Shown: positions 9,998 through 19,116 of the stretch, one piece after another
Layout: each line of letters opens with the position of its first letter
How positions within the stretch are numbered: the stretch's first letter is position 1
Source: Oscillospiraceae bacterium
Lineage (GTDB): Bacteria > Bacillota > Clostridia > Oscillospirales > Ruminococcaceae
Reading direction: 5' to 3'
Length of the DNA: 64,000 nt
Assembly: GCA_017848055.1 (NCBI GenBank)
Contig: JAGALZ010000021.1
Span: 12 to 64,011 of the forward strand
Notes under the pieces: model-generated
What the model was told of the DNA's origin: nothing
What the model saw: the letters and a program-made list of their open reading frames with translations, nothing else
The model's database searches: none
Position numbers and translations under genes: made by a program

Positions 9998-10498
9998 ATG
10001 ACGGAATTTGAAATCAAACAGTTATTTGAGAGGGCGGTTGAAGAATATTCGGATATGGTGACAGGTCTGTGTCTTGTGCGCCTCGGAAACAAGCACGACG
10101 CCGAGGACTGTTACCAGAACGTTTTTCTTAAACTGTACAAAAACAGCGAAATGCTGAATGAAAAGCCGGAGTACCTGAAGGCTTGGCTAATAAGAGTTAC
10201 GCTCAATGAGTGTAAAAACAAGTTCAGGTTCTGGAGCCGTCATAAAACTGAAACGCTCGACTTCGTCAATGATTATTACGACGACAGCCGTGACCGTCAA
10301 CTGATGGAGTGTGTGATGGCTTTACCTGAAAAGAACCGTGAAGCCATTTACCTCCATTACTATATGGGGTACACGGTAGCCGAAATCGCCACAATAACCA
10401 AGAGTCGTGAAAACACGGTAAAAAGTCGGCTCAAACGTGGCAGGGAAATGCTGAAAGAATACCTTACAGAGGATGACAAACAGGAGGCTATGTTATGA
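9998..10498 (+). CDS. ECF-type RNA polymerase sigma-70 family factor
   Basis: RBS GAAGGGAG upstream of ATG 9998 (ORF open from 9953). Region 2 (EDCYQNVFLKLY) and region 4 HTH (YTVAEIATITKSRENTVKSRLKRGREML). Stop overlaps the next start (ATGA). Confidence 0.85.
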   Translation: MTEFEIKQLFERAVEEYSDMVTGLCLVRLGNKHDAEDCYQNVFLKLYKNSEMLNEKPEYLKAWLIRVTLNECKNKFRFWSRHKTETLDFVNDYYDDSRDRQLMECVMALPEKNREAIYLHYYMGYTVAEIATITKSRENTVKSRLKRGREMLKEYLTEDDKQEAML

Positions 10499-12276
10499 AA
10501 AACTTAAACAATATATTTACTGATATCAAAACACCGGACAGCTGGAAGAAGAATCTCTACTCCAAGGCTTATGCACAGAAGAAGCAGTCAACACCGGTAT
10601 TCAAGAGAGTAGCAGTAGGCACAGGAATTGCGTTTGCTGCAGCAACAACTACTCTTACAGTTGGAGCACTTACAGATACTTTCAATATCGTAGATGTTCT
10701 CAGAAACGGCTTTGGTGACGATGTTACAGCTTCGAAGATTGACAGCGGCGATTATCAGAAGCTTGAAAACTTCATTCAGACAGAAGACATCGAATTCAAG
10801 GTTACTGCCTTCGTAGGTGATTCTGAAGAAAGCTATACACTCGTTGAAGCAAGACTTAAGGATTCGGCTAAGGAGCTTGATATCCAGAATCTCAGCATAC
10901 GTGCGCTTGTGCTCGGAGAAGAAATTGACGCTTCACAGTTCGGAACAGAGCTTGGACAGTACTTTGGCGACGTATATGAAGCAACGCTTTCAAACGATGA
11001 AAACGGCGATATAGTGTATAACTTCAGAGTTGATAACTATCCCGCCTGGATTGAAAGTGCAATCGCTAACAAGTCAAACCTCAACCTCTGGATTCAGGAA
11101 ATCATTGTTACCGATTCAAACGGCGAGAATAAGGTTCAGGAGATTATGAAGAACACATCCTTTATGCCTGAAAGAGATGCTGTAAGCACAATTCCTTATA
11201 TCCGCTTTAACAAGAATATAACCGCTAACGGTGCAAATGTTCTCCTCGACGAAGTTGTCCCATCTGACTATAAGACAACTGTAAACTTCAGCTTCAACGT
11301 AAGCACCGATAAGCCGACAGTTGATGAAAATATGCCATACTGGTTCGAGGGCGAAGAAGTAGCAAGAGCACTTATCTCCTTCAAGGGTGAGGATGATTAC
11401 CTCTTTACAAACCTCTACGAAGAGGATAACTATGATTACTCGCTTACTTCCGCTGATAGCAATATCAAGCTCTATGTTGATGATAAGCTCGTAGAATTCT
11501 CTAAGACTGAAAAGCCATTTGTAATGTATCAGCAATACTCTGATGGCGATTTCAAGAGCCTGCCTACATTTATTCTCAGCGTAAACTTTGCACCTGCTCA
11601 AATCAGCGACGCTTCCAAGCTCAGAATTGAGATTACAGAGGAAAATGGTAACGTAATTACTATAAACGGCTCTGAAAGCAATGACGAAACAGCATCTTCC
11701 GATTCCAAGGCTCCAGAGAATAACGTAGAGGTTCCTGAAGATAGAATTCCTTCCAAGAATGAGGATAACAAGCAGGATGATTCAATGGCTGAAGACGCTT
11801 CAACGGAAGATAACATAAGCGAAGATGTGTACGAAACAGCCACAGATATGTATACTGAAATGAACAGCATTCCTGCAAGAATTATCAGTCTTGCAAATAA
11901 TGATGACAGTACGACCTCTCTGTATATCGAGTACACACTCGGAGAACATGAGCTTGCAGCTGATGACTTCGAAGGTGTGTGGAATGCAGGAGTAGCTATT
12001 TCTAAGGAAATGCTCAGCTACAGTGATGATTTTAACGGAAAGAACAGCTCGGTAAAGCTTACAGTTGACGGCAAGGAGCTTTCTTATATCGCTGCCTCTG
12101 AAGATGAACAGACAAAGCCTCTTGAGCTTACAATGTTTGTTGACGAGCAGGATTACACCAAGAGCAGCTTTCTTATCGAGCTTAACTTTGAGTACTCTGA
12201 CCTTGAAAATGCGACATCTATTATTGTAACATGCGAAAGCTTAAACGGTACTGTTGTAACATCAACAATCAGATAA
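10495..12276 (+). CDS. Putative anti-sigma factor, single-pass membrane protein with large extracytoplasmic region
   Basis: Translationally coupled to the sigma gene. Short cytoplasmic N-terminus, one TM (VAVGTGIAFAAATTTLTVGAL), a ~530-aa external part with an acidic low-complexity linker, and two related C-terminal segments. Confidence 0.6.
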   Translation: MKNLNNIFTDIKTPDSWKKNLYSKAYAQKKQSTPVFKRVAVGTGIAFAAATTTLTVGALTDTFNIVDVLRNGFGDDVTASKIDSGDYQKLENFIQTEDIEFKVTAFVGDSEESYTLVEARLKDSAKELDIQNLSIRALVLGEEIDASQFGTELGQYFGDVYEATLSNDENGDIVYNFRVDNYPAWIESAIANKSNLNLWIQEIIVTDSNGENKVQEIMKNTSFMPERDAVSTIPYIRFNKNITANGANVLLDEVVPSDYKTTVNFSFNVSTDKPTVDENMPYWFEGEEVARALISFKGEDDYLFTNLYEEDNYDYSLTSADSNIKLYVDDKLVEFSKTEKPFVMYQQYSDGDFKSLPTFILSVNFAPAQISDASKLRIEITEENGNVITINGSESNDETASSDSKAPENNVEVPEDRIPSKNEDNKQDDSMAEDASTEDNISEDVYETATDMYTEMNSIPARIISLANNDDSTTSLYIEYTLGEHELAADDFEGVWNAGVAISKEMLSYSDDFNGKNSSVKLTVDGKELSYIAASEDEQTKPLELTMFVDEQDYTKSSFLIELNFEYSDLENATSIIVTCESLNGTVVTSTIR

Positions 12277-12295
12277 CAAACTTTCTTCATAAAAC

Positions 12296-12333
12296 AAACA
12301 GCCCCTGTGGTATTACACCGCAGGGGCTGTTTG
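12296..12333. terminator. Bidirectional terminator between convergent genes
   Basis: AAACAGCCCCTG...CAGGGGCTGTTT 12-bp stem. Confidence 0.75.
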
Positions 12334-12360
12334 CGACTATAAAAAGGGGGTGATGAAAGC

Positions 12361-14019
12361 TTATTTGTTGCTAAGAATGTAGCAAAGGGTGAATACAGTA
12401 GGTGAGTTCCAGTAAATCGTAATCTCATTCAGTGAGTAACACCCAACGTCATCCATGAAGGACTTCATCGGCGGGACATCGCTTCCGAATCCTGTTACTT
12501 CCATGTCATTCGGACAAGGACGACGGTTAGGGCCGCCGCTGACCATACCTGGCATACATCTTTCAATACCGTCAGCGTGTGCAGGACGCAGGTGAGGGTA
12601 GTTCACGCAGAAATCACCCGTTCCACTTACATATGAATAACCCGTAGCATTGACACCCAGGAGATAATCAAACTGTGAACAAGCATAGCTGTAGTAATTG
12701 TTGTCGTTTGAAATAATGTCAGCAAGAGCAAAATTCATACCCTGCTTCATAAGTATCATATTGCTGCCCCAGCAGTAATCAAGCTCGGTCATCGCAACTC
12801 TGTAACCACAGTTATCTGAATAATCTCTGAGCTGCTGAGCCTTTGAACGTATCGCAGATTTCATGGCAGATGAAATCTCATCATCAAGGTTTTCTTTACC
12901 GCTGAATAGATATGCCATTGAGCCAAATCCGCCAACCGAGCCATATCCCAAATCTGAAAGAGAAAATTCCTTGGATATAAGACGCTTAATGTCATCGTGA
13001 TACTTGATATCACCGGTAAGCGAGAACATCTCACAGCTTGCCCAGAAACGGTTGTCTGTATCGTCGCTTTCCCAGTATGGGCCGGTGTTGTTTCCGTTCG
13101 GGTTTCTGAATTCAACAAAGTTGGGATTAGCTTCAAGCCAGCTGTATGCACTCATTGAAGCCTTATAAAGTTTCTGTGCGAACTCTTCATCATACTTTTT
13201 GTATATACCGCTTGCAAGCGCACAGATAGCACTCAGGTCAGCCGTAGCTATAGATGATACCGAGAATACGTAAAGCTGTTCCTTGTCATCCTGCGGCATT
13301 ATAAACGGTGCATGAAGTGCTGTCGTTACCTTGTGATATACTCCGCCATCATTGCGTTGCATTTTAAGCATCCATTCCAGCTCGTAGCGGCATTCGTTCA
13401 ACATGTCGGGAGTAGCATTTCCGCTTTCGGGAATATTAAGCTGAAGCTTATCCAAAACATCGGGGAAAAGCTTACAAGCATAGAGAAGATGGGACAGAGC
13501 ACAGCAAGCTGCCGTAACATATCTTCCGTAATCTCCCGCATCATGCCAGCCACCGCTAACGTCAAGCTCCTGCGAATGGTCATCCCAGAGCACCGCCTTG
13601 GATGTGTGACATTCAGGGTGGGTATATTCTCCTGCATTTTCCTCCTTTAACTCACATCCACAACGCAGAAAGTAAAATGCTCTGATAAGGTCATAAAGAG
13701 TCTTATCATAAACTTTATCTGATATCTCAAATGAGAGTGATTTATCTCCATTGTCAAGTTCAATGCGATATCTGCCGCATTCAGTTACCTTTGAAAAATC
13801 AGCAAAATAAACCGAGTCCTGAGAGTATTTGTCTTTGCCGAAATATGTTGTGTCGCCAGTGAAAATCTTGTTTCCGTTTTCATCTATGACGCAAAAGCTT
13901 TTAGCAGAGGAAGTGATTGTAGCAATCTTCTTGCTGTTTGGAAGATATCCTGCCTGGTTAACAAATATAGAAGTGTTAAAGCACCTTAACGGTGATTTAT
14001 TCAGTTCATGTTCTGCCAT
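12361..14019 (-). CDS. Glycoside hydrolase family 9 (endoglucanase/cellodextrinase) with N-terminal Ig-like CelD_N domain, no signal peptide
   Basis: DVSGGWHDAGDYGRYV (GH9 catalytic DAGD signature), C-terminal YSLNEITIYWNSP (acid Glu region), N-terminal IFVNQAGYLP. No hydrophobic leader. Confidence 0.85.
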   Translation of the reverse strand: MAEHELNKSPLRCFNTSIFVNQAGYLPNSKKIATITSSAKSFCVIDENGNKIFTGDTTYFGKDKYSQDSVYFADFSKVTECGRYRIELDNGDKSLSFEISDKVYDKTLYDLIRAFYFLRCGCELKEENAGEYTHPECHTSKAVLWDDHSQELDVSGGWHDAGDYGRYVTAACCALSHLLYACKLFPDVLDKLQLNIPESGNATPDMLNECRYELEWMLKMQRNDGGVYHKVTTALHAPFIMPQDDKEQLYVFSVSSIATADLSAICALASGIYKKYDEEFAQKLYKASMSAYSWLEANPNFVEFRNPNGNNTGPYWESDDTDNRFWASCEMFSLTGDIKYHDDIKRLISKEFSLSDLGYGSVGGFGSMAYLFSGKENLDDEISSAMKSAIRSKAQQLRDYSDNCGYRVAMTELDYCWGSNMILMKQGMNFALADIISNDNNYYSYACSQFDYLLGVNATGYSYVSGTGDFCVNYPHLRPAHADGIERCMPGMVSGGPNRRPCPNDMEVTGFGSDVPPMKSFMDDVGCYSLNEITIYWNSPTVFTLCYILSNK

Positions 14020-15415
14020 AGTTTTTCTCCTTTTCGGTGGAACTGTTATAATAATCGAATGTGTCGGTGCCTTTGTCGCTCTGTTCTGAAGATTTGATAG
14101 CTTTTCTTAAAATTACAATAAAGCAAATCAGATTCAGAACCAATGCGCTGAACCAAGCAGCACACTCTGCAAAAGCAGTAGCTCTGAATGCAATACGGTC
14201 AACGAGAAGCATGATTGTCGCAATACGCATAACCATCTCCACGGTACCCGAAACCATAGGAATAAACGGTCTGCCCATTGCCTGGCATCCGCTTCGGAAT
14301 ACAAACAGACAATCTACAAATATAATCATCGAACCGCAGATAGGTAAGAATTGAGTTGCAAGCTTTATTGGCTCCGGTGTGCTGAGCATAATTTTTGCGA
14401 GGGCTTCAGGGAACAGAATCATAATCGAACCGAGCGTTACATACGCAATGAGAGCGATTTTAAGACAAACAAATAATCCTTCCTTGATTCTTCCGTATTC
14501 TCCGGCACCGTAGTTCTGGCTGGTAAATGAAGACATCGCAAAGCCTGCCGTGCAGCCCGGCTGCATAAACAGATTGATGTACTTACTGCAAGCGGTATAT
14601 GCAGTCGTGTATGCAACACCAAGCTCGTTTACAAAGTACTGAACAACCATACATCCTACAGCTGTGATAGAATTCATAAGAGCCATAGGAAGACCGTTTC
14701 TGAAAAGTTCAAGATAGAGCGAAAGGTCTGTTTTGAAATCCTCTTTTGTAAGCTGAAGAATTTCGATTTTTCTCAGCTTGTTGAAGCAGATGAGTGCAGA
14801 TACAATCTGTGAGATGATTGTCGCAAGTGCAGCACCTTCAACACCCATTCCGAACACAAAAATAGTGATGTAGTTGAGTGATATGTTTATGATAGTCGAA
14901 GCAATAATTGCAATAAGCGGAGTTTTGCTGTCTCCCAGAGAACGAAGTGTGAAAGCGCACATGTTGTAAGCAATTGTTGTGAAAAGACCGCCGAAAATAA
15001 TATATCCGTATGTAAGACTATCTTTCATAATTTTAGTATCTGTTTTAAGAAGGAGAAGAATATCTTTTAAAAAGAAGATACTGAGACCGGTCAGAATAAC
15101 CGTAATAAAAATACATAGCTTTATCGAAGAAGCAAGAGCTCTTCTGAGCTTGTTGTAATTCTTAGCACCATAGTTTATTGCAGTCGAAACAGAAAATCCG
15201 TTTGAAAGTCCCATGGAAAATCCGATTATCAGAAAGGTAAGGGACGACATGTTGCCAACAGCAGCCAGAGCATTATCGCTGATTCCTTTTCCGACAATGA
15301 TTGTGTCTGCGATGTTGTAAAGCTGTTGGAGAAGATTTGTAAAGAATAGGGGAAAGAAAAATTTAATAACAACTTTAGTAACGTTTCCTTTTGTAAGGTC
15401 GTAGGTCTGAGCCAT
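14006..15415 (-). CDS. MATE family efflux transporter
   Basis: 469 aa and ~12 hydrophobic segments. N-terminal FFFPLFFTNLLQQLYNIADTIIVG typical of MATE/NorM. 14-nt overlap with the GH9 gene. Confidence 0.8.
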   Translation of the reverse strand: MAQTYDLTKGNVTKVVIKFFFPLFFTNLLQQLYNIADTIIVGKGISDNALAAVGNMSSLTFLIIGFSMGLSNGFSVSTAINYGAKNYNKLRRALASSIKLCIFITVILTGLSIFFLKDILLLLKTDTKIMKDSLTYGYIIFGGLFTTIAYNMCAFTLRSLGDSKTPLIAIIASTIINISLNYITIFVFGMGVEGAALATIISQIVSALICFNKLRKIEILQLTKEDFKTDLSLYLELFRNGLPMALMNSITAVGCMVVQYFVNELGVAYTTAYTACSKYINLFMQPGCTAGFAMSSFTSQNYGAGEYGRIKEGLFVCLKIALIAYVTLGSIMILFPEALAKIMLSTPEPIKLATQFLPICGSMIIFVDCLFVFRSGCQAMGRPFIPMVSGTVEMVMRIATIMLLVDRIAFRATAFAECAAWFSALVLNLICFIVILRKAIKSSEQSDKGTDTFDYYNSSTEKEKNYGRT

Positions 15416-15551
15416 TTAATAACCACCTTTCAAGCTAAATTATAGTGATATGAGTGATAAAATTATATCAAAACCATTGCGTTTATATCAGGTTTATGAT
15501 ACAATAAAAGTAGATAAAAAATCTAAACGTTTTCAGTAAGCGGGGGTTGTT

Positions 15552-16307
15552 ATGAACACAAACAAGGACTTGAATTACAGGCTGTATCTCCAGAGAACAA
15601 GCGGGTTTACACGTTCCCCGTTCAACAAGGAATTCGAGCGATATAAGCTTATCCAGTCGGGTGATGTCGATGCAGTTAAAAAGGCAATCATCCTGTCTAA
15701 AACCGATTATCTCGACGGAAAAGGTATGCTTTCAAAAAATCCCGTCAGAAACATCTTGTACCATTTTGTTGTTTCAGCGGCGCTAATGTCAAGAGTGTGT
15801 GTCGAAGGGGGAATGTCCCATGACGAAGCTTTCACATTAAGCGATATATATATCCAACGTGCAGATGAATGTACAAGTGTAAAACAAATTCTGGCATTAC
15901 AAGGAGAAATGCAGCTTGACTTTGCAAACAGAATGCGTCAGGTAAGAAAAACAAATATCGTATCAATCCATATCAGAAAATGTATAGATTATATCTATGA
16001 CCATCTGCAGGATAAGCTGACTGTCGAAATTCTTGCCGATTATGTCGGGCTTAATCCCTCGTATCTTTCCAGGCTCTTCTCAAATGAAACTGGTGTTTCA
16101 ATCAAGAAGTTCATCCTTAACGCAAAAACCGAAACAGCCGAAAACCTGCTCAGATATTCAGACTTTTCTTATCTTGATATTTCGCTTGCATTGGGCTTTT
16201 CGACTCAGAGTGCTTTTATAAGCGTGTTCAGAAACCAGACGGGACTTACCCCGAAAAAATACCGTGATATGTATTATAGCTCAAATGATATTGTACCTAA
16301 TGAATAA
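15552..16307 (+). CDS. AraC family transcriptional regulator
   Basis: C-terminal double HTH: LTVEILADYVGLNPSYLSRLFSNETG...GFSTQSAFISVFRNQTGLTPKKYR. Divergent from the MATE-GH9 operon. Confidence 0.85.
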   Translation: MNTNKDLNYRLYLQRTSGFTRSPFNKEFERYKLIQSGDVDAVKKAIILSKTDYLDGKGMLSKNPVRNILYHFVVSAALMSRVCVEGGMSHDEAFTLSDIYIQRADECTSVKQILALQGEMQLDFANRMRQVRKTNIVSIHIRKCIDYIYDHLQDKLTVEILADYVGLNPSYLSRLFSNETGVSIKKFILNAKTETAENLLRYSDFSYLDISLALGFSTQSAFISVFRNQTGLTPKKYRDMYYSSNDIVPNE

Positions 16308-16308
16308 A

Positions 16309-16339
16309 CAAGCGGCACAGCCTAAAACTGTGCCGCTTG
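16309..16339. terminator. Bidirectional terminator
   Basis: CAAGCGGCACAG-loop-CTGTGCCGCTTG. Confidence 0.7.
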
Positions 16340-16356
16340 TATTGTTATGACTTCTC

Positions 16357-16545
16357 TTACTTATTGTTGCCGTTCTTGTAAGAGTCAATCATCTTCTTAA
16401 CCATCTGGCCGCCTACAGAACCGGCTTCTCTGGATGTGAGGTCGCCGTTGTAGCCCTGCTTGAGGTTAACGCCTACTTCGTTAGCAGCTTCCATCTTGAA
16501 TCTTTCAAGAGTCTGTCTGCCCTGGTCTGTTGTAATACCCTTCAT
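16357..16545 (-). CDS. Alpha/beta-type small acid-soluble spore protein
   Basis: KMEAANEVGVNLKQGYNGDLTSREAGSVGGQMVKKMI matches the SASP alpha/beta signature. AAGGAG lies 8 nt upstream of ATG 16545, so the GTG at 16554 is too close to the RBS. Confidence 0.85.
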   Translation of the reverse strand: MKGITTDQGRQTLERFKMEAANEVGVNLKQGYNGDLTSREAGSVGGQMVKKMIDSYKNGNNK

Positions 16546-16576
16546 TACTAACACTCCTTATTCTGAACTAAAACAC

Positions 16577-17035
16577 TTATTGCATAAGAAGCAATATTGC
16601 AGTTTCTATGAGTGACAATTCAGTTGAAACACACTCATTGCATATGCGGTTAATTTCCATAGGTTCAATAGTTCTTCCGCTTAAAGTCTTGATGCTTCTC
16701 TGAAGCGAAATCAGAAGACCGTCACGGCAATTGCTGGAATAACCTATAGTTGCCCTGGATGAAGTACCGTAGGTGATAAGAGGAATCCCCGACATAAGGG
16801 AGCTTATCTCCTTCGATACGATGTCGAAAGGCATTATGACCGCACTGTTTTCCTTGTTGACAATGCAGGCAACAGGACTTTTGAAAAGAGTATAGATAAC
16901 CGATGCATCATCTGAAATATCAGCTTTGCATGTCGTTAAATCCGACAAGCTTTTTATTTCAAATGGAAAAACAGATATCCTATCTTTAATGCAAAGAAGC
17001 TTTTCAAAATCATCGGTATATAGAATGCAGTTCAT
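16577..17035 (-). CDS. Hypothetical protein
   Basis: 152-aa ORF in an otherwise empty interval. No motif recognised. Confidence 0.4.
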   Translation of the reverse strand: MNCILYTDDFEKLLCIKDRISVFPFEIKSLSDLTTCKADISDDASVIYTLFKSPVACIVNKENSAVIMPFDIVSKEISSLMSGIPLITYGTSSRATIGYSSNCRDGLLISLQRSIKTLSGRTIEPMEINRICNECVSTELSLIETAILLLMQ

Positions 17036-17247
17036 TTTAGTTCCTTTATTTATTTTGCGACTTTTGAGCCGCTAATGATATTCTAACCGCAAGTTGAGAT
17101 TATATTCTGCATTAGCAAAGTGACAATATCTTACTGAAATTTATCACAAAGCCTGCATGTTAATAAAATGTTAATATTTTTCGGACATAAGTGTGATATA
17201 ATAAATAGATGATGGATTTTATAATTGATTTGTAAGGGAGGCTCGTT

Positions 17248-18216
17248 ATGTCAAAGACACCGCTTTATAAAAGACTTAAATATCAAAATATCTTTTTTGT
17301 CCTTGTTCTGGTAGCTTTTGTAGTATTTCTCGTATTGCTAATCAAAAGTTCGGATAACGATTCTTCCTCATCATCTGTAGCTGATTCAAGCTCAGCCGAT
17401 GTCCAGGATAATTCCAATGCAGGAGATTCTTCTCTCACTGAATCGCTCACATCACAAAGCGTCCTCGGCAAGATAGAGTACAAGTATATGAAGTTTTCGG
17501 AGAGTGCTGTTCACGAGGGCGAGCTTATACTCGTAAGTCCCAACTATGCATTTTCAGGACAAGCACCTCAGGATTGCATCTCTACATATGATTATATGTA
17601 TAACTCAAACAGAGATAAGCTGTTTTCAATCCGTAACAGCGAGGTTAAAGCGAAGTCCATTACACTTACTGCCGTAAATCAGATGATGAGTGATTTTTAT
17701 AATCTTTACGGTCAGGCAGCACTCGTTCTTATGAACGGATATAATCCGAATGATAAAACAATGGAAGCCGCAACGGGATACAGCGTAGAATTTTTCTATC
17801 ATAATTCCGACGGCACCTATTCCGTTTTTAATCCGCTCGGTACATACGCATGGATATCCGATAATGCATATAAGTACGGCCTAATTATGCGTTATCCGGA
17901 CGAAAAGTTCAGTGTAACCGGAATAAGCGGAAGCACCGGAGTAATAAGATATGTCGGTCAGCCGCATGCTCAGATTATGTATAAGAATAATATGTGCCTT
18001 GAGGAGTACCTTGACTTTATTAAGGGACATACCTACGATAACGCTATTGCGTATACAACCGACGACGGTAAGAATTATGCCGTTTACTATGCCGCATCTG
18101 AAGGCGATGAAACAAATATCAAAATCCCGACCGACTCAGATGGCGATGCCTATAAGTTCAGCATTTCAGGCAACAATTCCGACGGTTATATAATAACTGT
18201 TAAGCTGCCCGATTGA
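17248..18216 (+). CDS. Membrane-anchored D-alanyl-D-alanine carboxypeptidase, VanY/M15B family
   Basis: N-terminal TM, Ser/Asp-rich linker, then YGLIMRYPDEK and IRYVGQPHAQIM resembling the VanY signature. An extended -10 (TGATATAAT, 17194-17202) lies upstream. Confidence 0.7.
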   Translation: MSKTPLYKRLKYQNIFFVLVLVAFVVFLVLLIKSSDNDSSSSSVADSSSADVQDNSNAGDSSLTESLTSQSVLGKIEYKYMKFSESAVHEGELILVSPNYAFSGQAPQDCISTYDYMYNSNRDKLFSIRNSEVKAKSITLTAVNQMMSDFYNLYGQAALVLMNGYNPNDKTMEAATGYSVEFFYHNSDGTYSVFNPLGTYAWISDNAYKYGLIMRYPDEKFSVTGISGSTGVIRYVGQPHAQIMYKNNMCLEEYLDFIKGHTYDNAIAYTTDDGKNYAVYYAASEGDETNIKIPTDSDGDAYKFSISGNNSDGYIITVKLPD

Positions 18217-18250
18217 TATTATGTAATACTTTTATAAGGAGATTTGAAAA

Positions 18251-19078
18251 ATGAGTGAATGTACACACGATTGTTCAACCTGCAAGGCTAATTGTTCAAG
18301 CCGCCAGCAGGACTTTCACGAAGAACCGCACGAGTTCTCGAAGATTAAAAAGGTAATCGGCGTAGTAAGCGGAAAGGGCGGAGTAGGTAAGTCAATCGTT
18401 ACCTCAATGCTTGCAACTCTTACTAACAGAAACGGCTTTTCAACAGCTATCCTCGACGCCGATATCACAGGCCCTTCAATCCCGAAGGCTTTCGGTATCC
18501 ACGAGAGAGCAAGCGGCGATGACAAGGCTATCTTCCCGGTAAAGACTGTCAAGGGAATCGAGATTATGTCAGTAAACCTTTTGCTTGAAAACGAGTCCGA
18601 CCCGGTTGTTTGGAGAGGCCCTGTAATTGCAGGTGTCGTAAAGCAGTTCTGGCAGGACGTTATCTGGGACGACGTTGACTTTATGTTTGTTGATATGCCT
18701 CCGGGAACAGGCGACGTTCCGCTTACCGTTTTCCAGACAATCAGGCTTGACGGTATCATTATCGTTGCTTCTCCACAGGAGCTTGTTTCAATGATTGTTG
18801 AAAAGGCTGTAAAGATGGCTCAGATGATGAATATCAAGATTCTCGGTGTTATCGAGAATATGAGCTATATCGAGTGCCCTGACTGTGGAAAGCAGATTAA
18901 GCTCTATGGTGAAAGCCATATCGACGAGGTAGCTAAGCAGTACGATATTCCTGTACTTGCAAAGCTCCCTGTAGTTCCTGAGCTTGCAAATCAGGTTGAC
19001 TCAGGTCTTATCGAACTCTTCGAGGGTGATTGGCTTGACGACTGTGCAAATCAGATTATTACACTTCTGGATGAATAA
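18251..19078 (+). CDS. Mrp/NBP35/ApbC-type Fe-S cluster carrier ATPase
   Basis: Deviant Walker A SGKGGVGKS, MPPGTGD, C-terminal CPDCG. Extra N-terminal CX3CX2CX3C motif. Confidence 0.85.
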   Translation: MSECTHDCSTCKANCSSRQQDFHEEPHEFSKIKKVIGVVSGKGGVGKSIVTSMLATLTNRNGFSTAILDADITGPSIPKAFGIHERASGDDKAIFPVKTVKGIEIMSVNLLLENESDPVVWRGPVIAGVVKQFWQDVIWDDVDFMFVDMPPGTGDVPLTVFQTIRLDGIIIVASPQELVSMIVEKAVKMAQMMNIKILGVIENMSYIECPDCGKQIKLYGESHIDEVAKQYDIPVLAKLPVVPELANQVDSGLIELFEGDWLDDCANQIITLLDE

Positions 19079-19083
19079 AAATC

Positions 19084-19115
19084 AAAGCCTTAGAGATTAT
19101 CTCTAAGGCTTTTTT
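19084..19115. terminator. Bidirectional terminator
   Basis: AAAGCCTTAGAG-ATTAT-CTCTAAGGCTTT. Confidence 0.75.
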
Positions 19116-19116
19116 G

